DNA from: the human T2T-CHM13v2.0 reference genome, Homo sapiens
Assembly (NCBI RefSeq): GCF_009914755.1
Contig: NC_060929.1
Direction: 5' to 3' (one strand)
Length of the DNA: 64,000 nucleotides
Shown piece after piece: positions 39,571-49,900 of the stretch. Position 1 is the first letter of the stretch. Every line of letters starts with the position of its first letter. Below the pieces are notes generated by a model that was given only the letters and a program-made list of their open reading frames with translations, ran no database searches and had not been told where the DNA came from. Made by a program: the position numbers and the translations under genes.

Positions 39571-42239
39571 CAGGGGCAGTCTCTTTGAGGGAAAGTTTTA
39601 GACCTTCTCACGACATTTTTAAAAGGACGTTCAAATCAGGCCCACGGATTCCAGACGCACAGCCCTTCTGCCTGCTCCAGCATCTGAGGCCATGAAGCCC
39701 TGGGCCCCACTGAAACATTTGCTGCTGAAAATGAGTGGCAGAACGAGTGGGAGGAAACTCTACCAGGAGGGGCTGAGCCAGGAGATTCTAGCTCCTTCTC
39801 CGCCCCTCCCCCTCTCTGATGGGATGCTTTGGTGGCAATTCTCTCTCTCTTTCTCTCAGTCTACCCTGCTTCCTAGTATCCTAGGTGAAAGTTTTGGGGA
39901 CAAGGGCCAAGGAGAAAGAAGAGAGGAGGTGAGTCAGGGCCTGCCAGGCTCTGCTAGAGCTTCCTAGAAAGGACTTCCTAGAATTGGTTTTAGGCGAGGG
40001 ACCTGGAGTGCAGCCTCAGGCCCTGGCCTTGGGCAGAGAATAGACCACAATCTCCCCTTCTGCACCTTTGCAGGGCTCTCCAGGGAGCAAGTTACCCAGC
40101 TTTGCTAGTGCCGCTTCCCCAGGAACTGTGCAGTCCTCAGGCAGGATTCACAGGGGAGTCTCCAGGTGGGGCCCAGCCAGGTCCTCCCCACCCAGCTCCT
40201 CCCCACCCAGCTCCCTGGTGTTTTGAGGAGCCTGCAATCACTTTGTGATGTGATGCCAATGGAGGTGATGCAGCCGGGGCACAGAGGAGTGGGCTGGTTG
40301 AGAGTTAGGATGAAGCCTCCACTCCCCTATTCCTGCCTCCCCACAGAGCTCTGCCAGCTGCAGAGAGACCTGAGGCTTGCGGGTGGGGTGGGCGGTGGTG
40401 CTCAGTGGGTTGGATGGAGGCAGATAAGCTGTAGCTGAATCCCAAGGCTGAGAAGTGTCCCTGGACTTACATCCCACCTCATTCTCCAGGTCACTCAAGA
40501 GGGCGTATCTCCCCTGTCAACCTGAAATGTGACACTGTAGTTTGCTGAACAGGACAGGGGTGGGTGGGACTGGCCCACTTCTCACACAGTGAGTCACAGG
40601 CAATGGATGGATTTGTTTTGGGTATAGAGGAGAGGAGGTTGAAGATCGGAAATCTGTCTTAGGGTTAGAAGGTGTCTGGTGGTAGGCTGGGGAACAGGAA
40701 AAAGCTGCAGTTAGGGGCTTCCCGGATTTGTGTCACCAAGAATCCACTCCCCACCAACCCTCGGCGTCCCCACAAACCCAGCCCGGAATCTATGTAAAAG
40801 CAGGAAAGGAACCCTGGAGGTTGTAGGCGGATCCTGGAGTGTGGAGGGGCGAATTGAGCGCGGGAAGCAGCATGACTAGCAAGACAATCTGACTCAGAGC
40901 AGGGAAAAATCAAGCCCGATGTCGGAGCTGGTTATTAGTAATTACTACCATCACGGGCATTATTGTTGCTAATTATAGGCGATGTCTCAGTGTCTGTCCT
41001 CAGGCCCGGAAAACCGGAGCCCCTCCTGATGCTGCTGAAGTCCCTGGGCCTCGAGGCTCCGTGAAGAGAGGGAAGCGAGGCAGGGGGTGAAGGGACCGCC
41101 TGGCCGGTGTCCAGGATACGGGTGGCTCAAACCACCAGCAGAACAGCATGCCGACTCTGGCCCGATGGCCGCCTTCATCCCGTAGCCCCAACCCGGCCTA
41201 AAGCCGAGAAGACGCCAGAGTGCGCTGCTGAAATTCCCGCGGAGTCCGGTGTGCTGGAGAGCGGCAGCGGGGTGAACTCCCGGCCCCGGCTCTGCGTAGG
41301 AGGTGGTTCGCAAAGTGGCCCCGGGAGCCGGGACTGGTACCCGGTTCCCCACGGCACCGTCCGGAGCTCTCCAGCCACGAGGCGCAGAAGTGGCCTGCCA
41401 GCGCCTTCCCAGGCTCAGGGAGGCGAGGAGGCCCGTGCACTTGGCATCTTCTCCCGGGAGCCGCACGGCCAGGGCCGCGGCGAAACGGAGCCCATCTCAA
41501 GTGCGCCGCGCCTGGCCGCGTCCTGTAGCCCGACGAGGCTGAGGATGGAGAGGGGAGACGCAGGGAGAAGAGGGACGCGGGACTTGGACCCAAGAGGCCG
41601 CTCCGTTGCCGGTCTGGCGGCGGCGCCGACTCGGGTTCGCGCGTTCCACACAAGTTTCCTGTCTGCCTCTGCACACCTGGTGGACAAACCGGGCGTCCAG
41701 GCCACACCGTCTTCCCCCTTCGCGGGGGCGCGGGGGATGTTTCCCTCCGGCTGCCAGGGGGCTTTCTGGGTGAAGAGAAAGCCCCTCCCCCCGCGTCTCC
41801 CCCACCCCTCCCTCCGAGAACCCGCGGCGCCGACTGCGCCTGCTTCCCCCGAGCTGGCGACTTCTCCGCGGGATTTGCCCTCGCTCAAAGTTTGCACAAT
41901 TGAAAGAGCCCGCAGAGCTCGGCCGCTCCCCGCTTCCCCAAGGGCGGCGAGGCCGGTCATTGGCAGACGATCGGTTACTACCCAGTAGGGGCCCACGGGA
42001 ACCCGCATCTGGAGTCGGGGGTGTCACGCCACGCCGGTTCAGTGGCTCGCGGAGAGCGTCCGGGTGCACTTCTGCCAAAGATGTCCCCTGGAGGCCCCGG
42101 CCGCGCGGGACTCGGGGGAGAGGCCGCTCCCCCCTCGCTGTCACCAGCGTCCAGGCCGCCGGCCCCTTCCCCGCTGCCCAAACAGTAGAAAAGCAGGCGC
42201 CAAGTTGTTTTTGTTAAAAAGGGGACACACCTCGGCCGC

Positions 42240-42803
42240 GAAACTGCAAACCCGGTGTCAGACAGCTGTAAACCCGTGTCGACAGGTTGTCAGACAGCTG
42301 CGGGGGCTGGTCGGGAAGGAGCCCAGGGCCTCCGGGCCCACACCCCGCCGCCCCGACGCGCGCGCCCACCGCGAGAGTAGCTGGCCGGGCCGGCACGGGG
42401 CACCACGTGCTCGCGGGAGGGGCGGGAGCGGCCGGCGAGGGCGGGCGGGAGGCAGGGAGGGGGCGGGAGGGGAGCCAGGGGCGGGGCCTGCGCTCAAGGG
42501 GATGCCAATCAAAGCATCAACTTCAAATTGTGTCTGAAAGACCCGCCGCCGAGCGGAGGGCAGCCGCCGCAGTCGGCGCGCGATTGCGGATCCGGGCGCA
42601 GCCGGGAGCCGGGCGCCTGCGAGCACCGGGCAGAGGAGCCGCGACCGGCCTCCATCTCCCGGCCCGCCCGAGCGCGCCCGGCCGGCCGCCCGCTCCTCCC
42701 TAGACCCCTCGCGGCGCCCCCTGCAACCCCCTCCGGCCGGCCTCCGCCTCCCTCCCCGCGCCTTTAATACTCGCCCGCTGCGGCGGTCGCCGAGTCCGCG
42801 GAC
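42240..42803 (+). promoter_or_regulatory. IRX1 proximal promoter and 5' UTR (GC boxes, CCAAT 42505-42509 overlapping a TCF/LEF-type ATCAAAG 42508-42514)
   Basis: Very GC/CpG-rich with several GGGCGG boxes directly upstream of the ATG. The exact TSS cannot be read from sequence. Confidence 0.7.
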
Positions 42804-43079
42804 ATGTCCTTCCCGCAGCTGGGCTACCCGCAGTACCTGAGCGCCGCGGGGCCGGGCGCCTACGGCGGCGAGCGCCCGGGGGTGCTGGCCGCGGCCGCTG
42901 CGGCGGCTGCCGCCGCCTCGTCGGGCCGACCGGGGGCCGCGGAGCTGGGCGGCGGGGCAGGCGCGGCTGCAGTCACCTCGGTGCTGGGCATGTACGCGGC
43001 GGCGGGGCCGTACGCGGGCGCGCCCAACTACAGCGCCTTCCTGCCCTACGCCGCGGATCTCAGCCTCTTCTCGCAGATG
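42804..43079 (+). CDS. IRX1: IRX1 coding exon 1 (92 codons, includes a 10-Ala tract at 42888-42917)
   Basis: ATG in context gacATGt. Translates MSFPQLGY...LFSQM, followed by donor ATG|gtgagt. Confidence 0.96.
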
Positions 43080-46000
43080 GTGAGTGCGCCCGGCCTCCCC
43101 CGCTTCTCCTCTGTCTCACCCGCGCCAGGGCAAGGGTGGCGGGTCGCCCGGGAGGGAGAGACTACGGGTGGACCTGGTCCGGAAGAGGAACTAGAAAGGT
43201 CCGGGGGCAGGTTCCCGGTGGCCGAGGCCGCGGCCCCCGGGGACGCAAGAGGGCTGGGAGGCCGGGCGGGTGACGGCTGGGCCATCTCGGCCTGGGAAAG
43301 CGGAAGGCCCGGGCCAGGGAGCGGGTAGCGAGTGAATTCAGAGAGGCCGCAGAAGCAGGCCCGTGGAGCGGTGCCCGCGCTGGAGGTCGGGGGCAAACTC
43401 GCCTGGCTCGGCCAGGGCGCCCGGGCAGGCCCACGGGGTTCCTGCAGGTCGGCCCGGCGTAGCGTAGCAGGACTTCCCTTCCTGGCCGCGGGTTCCACTC
43501 GCGCGGCCTCTTTAGTTTTCGAACCGAGTCTGGAAAACTTGGTTTTCTCCCTCTTTAGCAGCTCCGAGATAGTTGTATCCGAGTTTGCCAGACAGACCCC
43601 TTCTAAGCCTGGTAGAGTCAATCAAAATAATCTTAACAATAGAGGTCCAAAGGGATGGAGAGGTCTCTCCACGGCGTGAGTGCGAATTTGAGATTAAACA
43701 AAAATTAAGTTGCAGTAATGTGCTGGTGTCTGAAACGGTGTTTGATTTTACTTTTGTAAGTTGCCCAAGTTTTCATTTCATTTGCACAGAAAGAAAAGCA
43801 CTTTTCTTCCTGCGTTACATAATGGAGGATTAAAGAAAACAGTGTCCCTTGGCTTAAAACAAATGGTGTCCTCTTAGTCTCCCGTCCCAGTGGGCGTTAG
43901 ATGTCGGGGCAGGCGGCTGCACACTTAATTCTCCGCGGGGGCATTGGCCTGTCTGCCGGTCCAAATCATCCATTTTCCTTGGTCTGACTGCAAGGTCGGT
44001 GCTTAAACTTCGGACGGCTGGTGAATTGTGCGGCGGGCGCGGGGCCCTGGGAGGCAGCCCCCTCCTGGGTCGCTGCCCGCGGGATAAAGCAATTTCCAAG
44101 CACCCGCGATATCTCCCCGCTCCCCGCAGGAGAAGCGGGGAGTAAACGCCCCTCAAGTGTGCACAAGCAAAGAGCGGGTTTCCCTGTAACTTTTCTTGTA
44201 GTTTTGAAAGAAAGCGGCCCGGCTGCCTTTCAGGTCTCTTACTATCGAAAAAGATCAGCCCCCATTTTGTTCAGGCGGCGGGGAGGCCGGGACGCGATGA
44301 GAGATTTACAAGGTGTCCTTTCAAAAAGAATTCCCAGTGGAGACGAGGCTGAAACGTCTTCTTTACAATTACAACCAAAATAATTAGAAAAGCGCAAAGT
44401 ACATTTTGGAACGGTTGGGCAAAAACGAAATCTAGCCGCAGAAATGTTTTCTCTGCGGCCTCAGTCACCAAACTAATTAGTCCAAGAAATCTTCTGGTCT
44501 TTACAACTTTCTCAGAGTCCGGAACTCCCTTTGCTAACATTGCAACTAGACCATTTTTTCAGAGGATGAACATTTTTTACAGAAATTGCGAATGCAGTTG
44601 TGTGCCATTTGGGAACCCTGCCTGTGTTTGCGGGGGAGGGAGAGAGCTTCAGTGTGAGGACCTGCACCCTTTGTGGAGAGCTGGGGAAGGGAGATGTTTG
44701 CTGTTCTGAGTTGTTTTTCCCACCTAGAGGGATAATATGTAAAAATTATTCCCACCCAAAAGGTGTGTGTTTCTCCAGCTCTCCCACTGGTTCTGAGAGA
44801 GTAAACTCAAACCCAAACCCTGATTCTAGGCCTAGGTTTCCAAGCCATTATAATTGGGTGTTTGGAAGTCAAAAGATAAAATTGTATTTGAATGTCTGTC
44901 TGCGCAATTTATGGTAATAATGAGGCCTAATGAGGTTGTTAGAAAGATAAAATGTTATTTACCAAAAAACCTGATGGGATAATTTGACTTGCTGTGTTTT
45001 ACTACTGATTATAAAAAGAATATCGATTGCAAATAAATCAGCGCCTCTAAATGCCTGCAAACAGCTAGTGTTTGCTCCCTCCAGATCAAAGTCAAACTTA
45101 AGAGATGAAGTAACTGAGAAGAGGCCTAGGATACTGAACCGGTTCCCCTCCTGGCCGCCGGTGGCTCCCAGCCCTTGCGTTAATATTTTACAGGCTAAGC
45201 CTTCCTTTTGTATTAAAAAAAAAATGGTGTTTTTGTTATTGTTGTCGATGATGGCCGGGATTAAAATTTTAAATTACCTGTCACCTCTAAAGACCTTTTA
45301 ATGTGGGTAAACCATTATATGCAGATTAATTTGGAAGGCAAAGGACTGTGCTTTCGTTTTAAATTGCTGGCGGATTTAGACCGGTAGAAAACCCGGGATG
45401 GTTTATTTTGATTGAGCCCCCTCTGGGTGGCAGAGAGGAGGCTTGGGCTCTGGGCCCTTTACGTTTGGAGAAATGGCTTTATCAGCTCAGTTGAAAGGTT
45501 TTTCCCTCTAGCTAGTGAAAGATAAACTTGGAAATGCAGGTTTCTCCAGCGGTTGGTGGTGGGGACAGGGGTCGCCTAGGGAACTTGCAGGGGCCGCGGC
45601 CTCTGTTGTGCTCTTCTGGAGAGTGCACTGTTTGTGGAACTTTTCTAGAGTGGCAAAAACGATCTCCACTGTCGGTGAAAGGGCAGTTCCTGAAGTCAGC
45701 TCATGGTCCTGGCTCCCCTTCTCCCCAGCAGTGAACTGGGGGTGACTTCCTGATCTGCCCAGCACAGGAGAGCCCCGCAAAGCGCCTGGGAGGCCCTCGA
45801 GTCCATTGAAGCGGCTGCTTCCCACTCTCCCGTCTTGGGGACTCATGTCTCTCTCTCTCTCTCCCTTTCTCTCTCCACTTCCCTCCTCTCTCTCCTCGAT
45901 GGATCTGCCCTGTGGCTTCAGGGCTCGCAGTATGAACTGAAGGACAACCCTGGGGTGCACCCCGCCACCTTCGCAGCCCACACGGCGCCGGCTTATTACC

Positions 46001-47737
46001 CCTACGGCCAGTTCCAATACGGGGACCCCGGGCGGCCCAAGAACGCCACCCGCGAGAGCACCAGCACGCTCAAGGCCTGGCTCAACGAGCACCGCAAGAA
46101 TCCCTACCCCACCAAGGGCGAGAAGATCATGCTGGCCATCATCACCAAGATGACCCTCACGCAGGTCTCCACCTGGTTCGCCAACGCGCGCCGGCGCCTC
46201 AAGAAGGAGAACAAGGTGACATGGGGAGCGCGCAGCAAGGACCAGGAAGATGGAGCGCTCTTCGGCAGCGACACCGAGGGCGACCCGGAGAAGGCCGAGG
46301 ACGACGAGGAGATCGACCTGGAAAGCATCGACATTGACAAGATCGACGAGCACGATGGCGACCAGAGCAACGAGGATGACGAGGACAAGGCCGAGGCTCC
46401 GCACGCGCCCGCAGCCCCTTCTGCTCTTGCCCGGGACCAAGGCTCGCCGCTGGCAGCAGCCGACGTTCTCAAGCCCCAGGACTCGCCCTTGGGCCTGGCA
46501 AAGGAGGCCCCAGAGCCGGGCAGCACGCGCCTGCTGAGCCCCGGCGCTGCAGCGGGCGGCCTGCAGGGTGCGCCGCACGGCAAGCCCAAGATCTGGTCGC
46601 TGGCGGAGACAGCCACGAGCCCCGACGGTGCGCCCAAGGCTTCGCCACCACCACCCGCGGGCCACCCCGGCGCGCACGGGCCCTCCGCCGGGGCGCCGCT
46701 GCAACACCCCGCCTTCCTGCCTAGCCACGGACTGTACACCTGCCACATCGGCAAGTTCTCCAACTGGACCAACAGCGCATTCCTCGCACAGGGCTCCCTG
46801 CTCAACATGCGCTCCTTCCTGGGCGTTGGCGCTCCCCACGCCGCGCCCCATGGCCCTCACCTTCCTGCACCTCCACCACCGCAGCCGCCGGTCGCTATTG
46901 CCCCGGGGGCACTCAACGGAGACAAGGCCTCGGTCCGCAGCAGCCCCACGCTCCCAGGTACAGCTCCAGGCCGCGTCCACCTGTCCCCTAGCTGGGAATG
47001 CAGAGGCCTGGCTAGGTGTGGTAGCGTGGGGTGCAGCATGAGCCGGGAGGGTACCAGGCAGTGGCCGCTGAGCCCTGGGGCTGCGCTTAATCCCTGCTTC
47101 AATTTAGAAAGCCAGACAAGGCCCTAGGGCTCTCCCAAGAGAGCTTTGCCCTACCGGCGGGCCTGCTACGGGGTGGTGGTGGGGTGAGGGGTGACGTTTT
47201 TCGGCGAATCTGCCTGGGCAGCCGGCAGAAGTTGGTGGGAAGGAGGCCTGGGACCTCTCCCGCCCGTCTCTCCGTCCTAACTCTGCCTCTTCCGATCTCT
47301 CGCAGAGAGAGACCTCGTCCCCAGGCCAGATTCGCCGGCACAGCAGTTAAAGTCGCCCTTCCAGCCGGTACGCGACAAGTGAGTGCTGTTTGCTTTTGCT
47401 ATGGGAGAAGGCGGTGGGGAGGGGGGAGGAGGAGTGGTCGGGACCCGGGCGGAGCTGGCTGGGTGGCGGTGGGGGTCGCGCAGTCCTAGTTGAAGGAGCG
47501 CTCCCCGCCAGCCCTGGGCGCCGGGCGAGCCGAGGAGACTGGAGTTTCTCCCCAGCCGGGAGCCGCGCTGGCTGTCGACCCCGCCCCCAGGGCTCCGCTA
47601 CTGGAACCGGCGTCGCCCGGCGCTGCGTCCCCCACTCACAGTGCCCCTGTCTTCTTGTCTCGCTGTGTTTCCCATGCAGCTCTCTGGCCCCGCAGGAGGG
47701 AACGCCGCGGATCCTAGCAGCCCTCCCGTCCGCCTGA
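42804..47737 (+). CDS. IRX1: Iroquois homeobox protein 1, spliced CDS join(42804..43079,45922..46957,47306..47378,47680..47737), 480 aa
   Basis: Exons of 276+1036+73+58 nt total 1443 nt and join in frame through GT-AG sites. The protein starts [11 protein letters not shown] and contains a TALE homeodomain ([36 protein letters not shown]), an acidic tract and an IRO box ([13 protein letters not shown]). It ends RILAALPSA*. Paralog identity is from recall of the IRX1 sequence. Confidence 0.97.
45922..46957 (+). CDS. IRX1: IRX1 coding exon 2 (homeodomain about 46024-46212, acidic region, IRO box 46582-46620)
   Basis: CT-rich pyrimidine tract, then acceptor ttcag|GGC. Translates GSQYELKD...SSPTLP. 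Donor CCAG|gtacag. Confidence 0.97.
47306..47378 (+). CDS. IRX1: IRX1 coding exon 3
   Basis: Acceptor ctctcgcag|AG and donor AA|gtgagt. Reads (E)[23 protein letters not shown](N) in phase with the flanking exons. Confidence 0.93.
47680..47737 (+). CDS. IRX1: IRX1 coding exon 4 (last exon; 3' UTR continues to about 48100)
   Basis: Acceptor cccatgcag|C. Reads (N)[18 protein letters not shown] then TGA. Confidence 0.93.
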
Positions 47738-48079
47738 TTAAGGGTCTTCTTTTACTTTTGCGGGGGGGAGGGGGGAGGAGTTGGGGAGGGAGGGAATGTG
47801 GGAGGAATTAAGACAAATATTTCAGACTGGTGTAAAGGACAAATATGACAACGACGTCAAGGACTCGCATCCGTCGCTTTCTGCAGAAAGGGGCTTCTTC
47901 GGTCCCGAGCTCGCGTCCAGGTGGCCAGGCCTCTGCCGGCGGCTCCAGTGGCTGCGATTATCGGGTTCGGTAAATGCCCCCACGTGCTTGTGTCTCTTTC
48001 CCCCCTTTTCTGTATATAGAGTGGTTTCAGATTGTAAATAGCGCGTCAGCGAACTTGTCTAAATCATATATTTTTGTCT

Positions 48080-48085
48080 AATAAA
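48080..48085 (+). terminator. IRX1 polyadenylation signal AATAAA
   Basis: First AATAAA after the stop codon. UGUA motifs lie upstream (48011, 48033) and a GT-rich element lies downstream (from about 48121). Confidence 0.8.
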
Positions 48086-48121
48086 CTAAATGAAATGACA
48101 CCCCCTCCCCGCTCCTGCTGC

Positions 48122-48215
48122 TGTGTGCCTGTCCAGCGTGTGTGTGAGTGTGTGTTTGTGTGTGAATGTGTGTGTGTGAGTGTCTGTGTGGCAGAAACAG
48201 AGACAGAGAGAGAGA
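48122..48215 (+). repeat. Imperfect (TG)n followed by (AG)n
   Basis: Directly visible just 3' of the poly(A) signal. Confidence 0.85.
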
Positions 48216-48719
48216 AGTGGGGGATACAGGGATCCTGGAACCCTGGGTGGGACCCAAGGGTCTGTGGCTGGGGGAGATGGGCTTCTCAATGGGGGCCTTT
48301 AGAGACTGTTGCCACCCAAGACGCAGGTGCTTTAAACATCTCTTCGTTGTTTGTGGTTGTTGTTGAATTTTTAAATATTGTCACTGTGGCAGTTTCTTGC
48401 TGGCAGTTCAATTGCTTTCACGAACATTTTTCTGAGACATAATTTTCTCAGGACATAAATAAGTTCAATTTGAGGCAGTTTTACAAAACGATTTTATAAC
48501 GTCGGTGAAAACAGAGGAAAAAGAATTTTTATTGCGACCCCAGAGGAGAACTTCGGATTAGAAACCAGTTTACAACTAGTTGTCTCAACGGCGCATCGTG
48601 GCGCCTGGTCGTTTTCTGAGTTGAGTGTGAAAATAATGGAGTATCGCTTTGCATGTATTTTTAGTGATTCGGTTAAATCAAACACGGGAAGAAATTGGAA
48701 GGCTCTTTAAAACTCCACA

Positions 48720-49900
48720 GATGGGCCAGCCGGGATGCGGTGCGGGGCTTCTCTGCGGTGTGAGGTGTGAACGAGGGGCTGAGGCTGTGGTGGGAAGCGA
48801 GAAAGAGGAGGTGGCTTTGGTCTCCCAGGGAAGCCCCTTTACACTTGGGCTCCACGGACTGCGTCCTTTGCCCTCAGGCGCGCGCACCGCGGGAGTCCAG
48901 AGCAAATTGCCCTTAGATGGCCGCGGCCGGGCAGCGGGGAGGCAGCTGGGAGCAGCGATGTTGGGAAACACTCGCAGCGGGGCTGGCCTCGGGCGCGCGC
49001 GAGTGGGGAAAGGCCTAGGAGCCTGGACATCGCTGCGGATCCGGGACATCAGCATCAGTGGGTTCGGAGCGGGACGCGCGCCACGCGCCGCAGCAGGCAC
49101 CTTCAGGAGGCTTTGCGGACCCGGCGCGGGGCCTTCAGGGCGCAGGCGACTCAGCGTTGAATGCGTGAAAACTGAGCCAGCAAACATTTCCAAAACTGCC
49201 AGCGAGGATGTGGGCTGCCGGGAAAAACGGTCTAGTGGGGACAGGGCCGAGTCCCGAAGTCAGAGCCGAGTCCCGAGGTCAGAGCGGCCGTCCTCCGCTC
49301 GCACCCCCAGCCTGTGACCCGCCCTTCCCGGCTTGCTCGAGACCCACTGGCGCCAGTGCTGCGCGTGGGGACTCCGTGCATGGCCGAAGCGAGGGGGAAA
49401 GTCGGGGCGCTGGTGTCTTTTCAGAGGTTCCAGGAAAGAGGGAGGCTCGCGTTAGGACTAGGAGGTGCCAGTCCACGGCTCCTACCCGCTCCCGACGCCC
49501 GCATCCTTCTACAGCCCTCCACCCCGTTCCTGGTCCCTGTAGAGGGGAAGGTCCTCTCCCTGCCCCGAGGCGGGAGGAAAAGCGGCGAAGAGGAGGCTCG
49601 AAGGGCGCCGCGTAGGGCAAGTGGGCCGAGGACACCGGGGGCGCGTCGGGGAGCGGGGAGTGGGCGGGGTGGGATGAGGCAGGGAGGAGCCGGGCCGGAG
49701 CGGAGTGGAGTGGACCGCGGGCGGACGGACTCGGGCCGGGCCCCGGGGAGCAGCTCCGCAGTCGGAATGGACGTGCTCCAGGCGCCCTCTATGGTCCGAA
49801 AGCGGAATGCGGCCTTGAGCAGCGCCCATCTCGCTCCTGGGGTGTGGGGGCAACTCTGGGGGCGCTGGGCCTTGGGGCTCCGTGGGCACGAGCCTGCATT
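48720..49900. promoter_or_regulatory. Downstream CpG island
   Basis: CpG-dense GC-rich block 3' of the poly(A) site. Confidence 0.75.

Larger units (their letters stand above)
40850..44300. promoter_or_regulatory. CpG island over the IRX1 promoter and exon 1
   Basis: Dense unsuppressed CpG and very high GC by eye. Boundaries are approximate. Confidence 0.85.
45900..47960. promoter_or_regulatory. Gene-body CpG island (exons 2-4)
   Basis: High CpG density that extends through introns 2 and 3. Confidence 0.75.

Noticed and set aside
41107-42144. 293-aa and overlapping 160-215-aa ORFs upstream of IRX1
   Set aside because: Mostly non-ATG starts, Arg/Pro/Gly/Ala-rich, open in several frames. Expected in a CpG island, with no recognisable domain.
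43080-43328. C-terminal 82 aa of the 174-aa ORF
   Set aside because: Read-through past the strong exon-1 donor into intron 1.
45835-47127. 430-aa ORF as a standalone gene
   Set aside because: It is exon 2 plus intronic flanks (TTG start in the pyrimidine tract, and intron-2 read-through).
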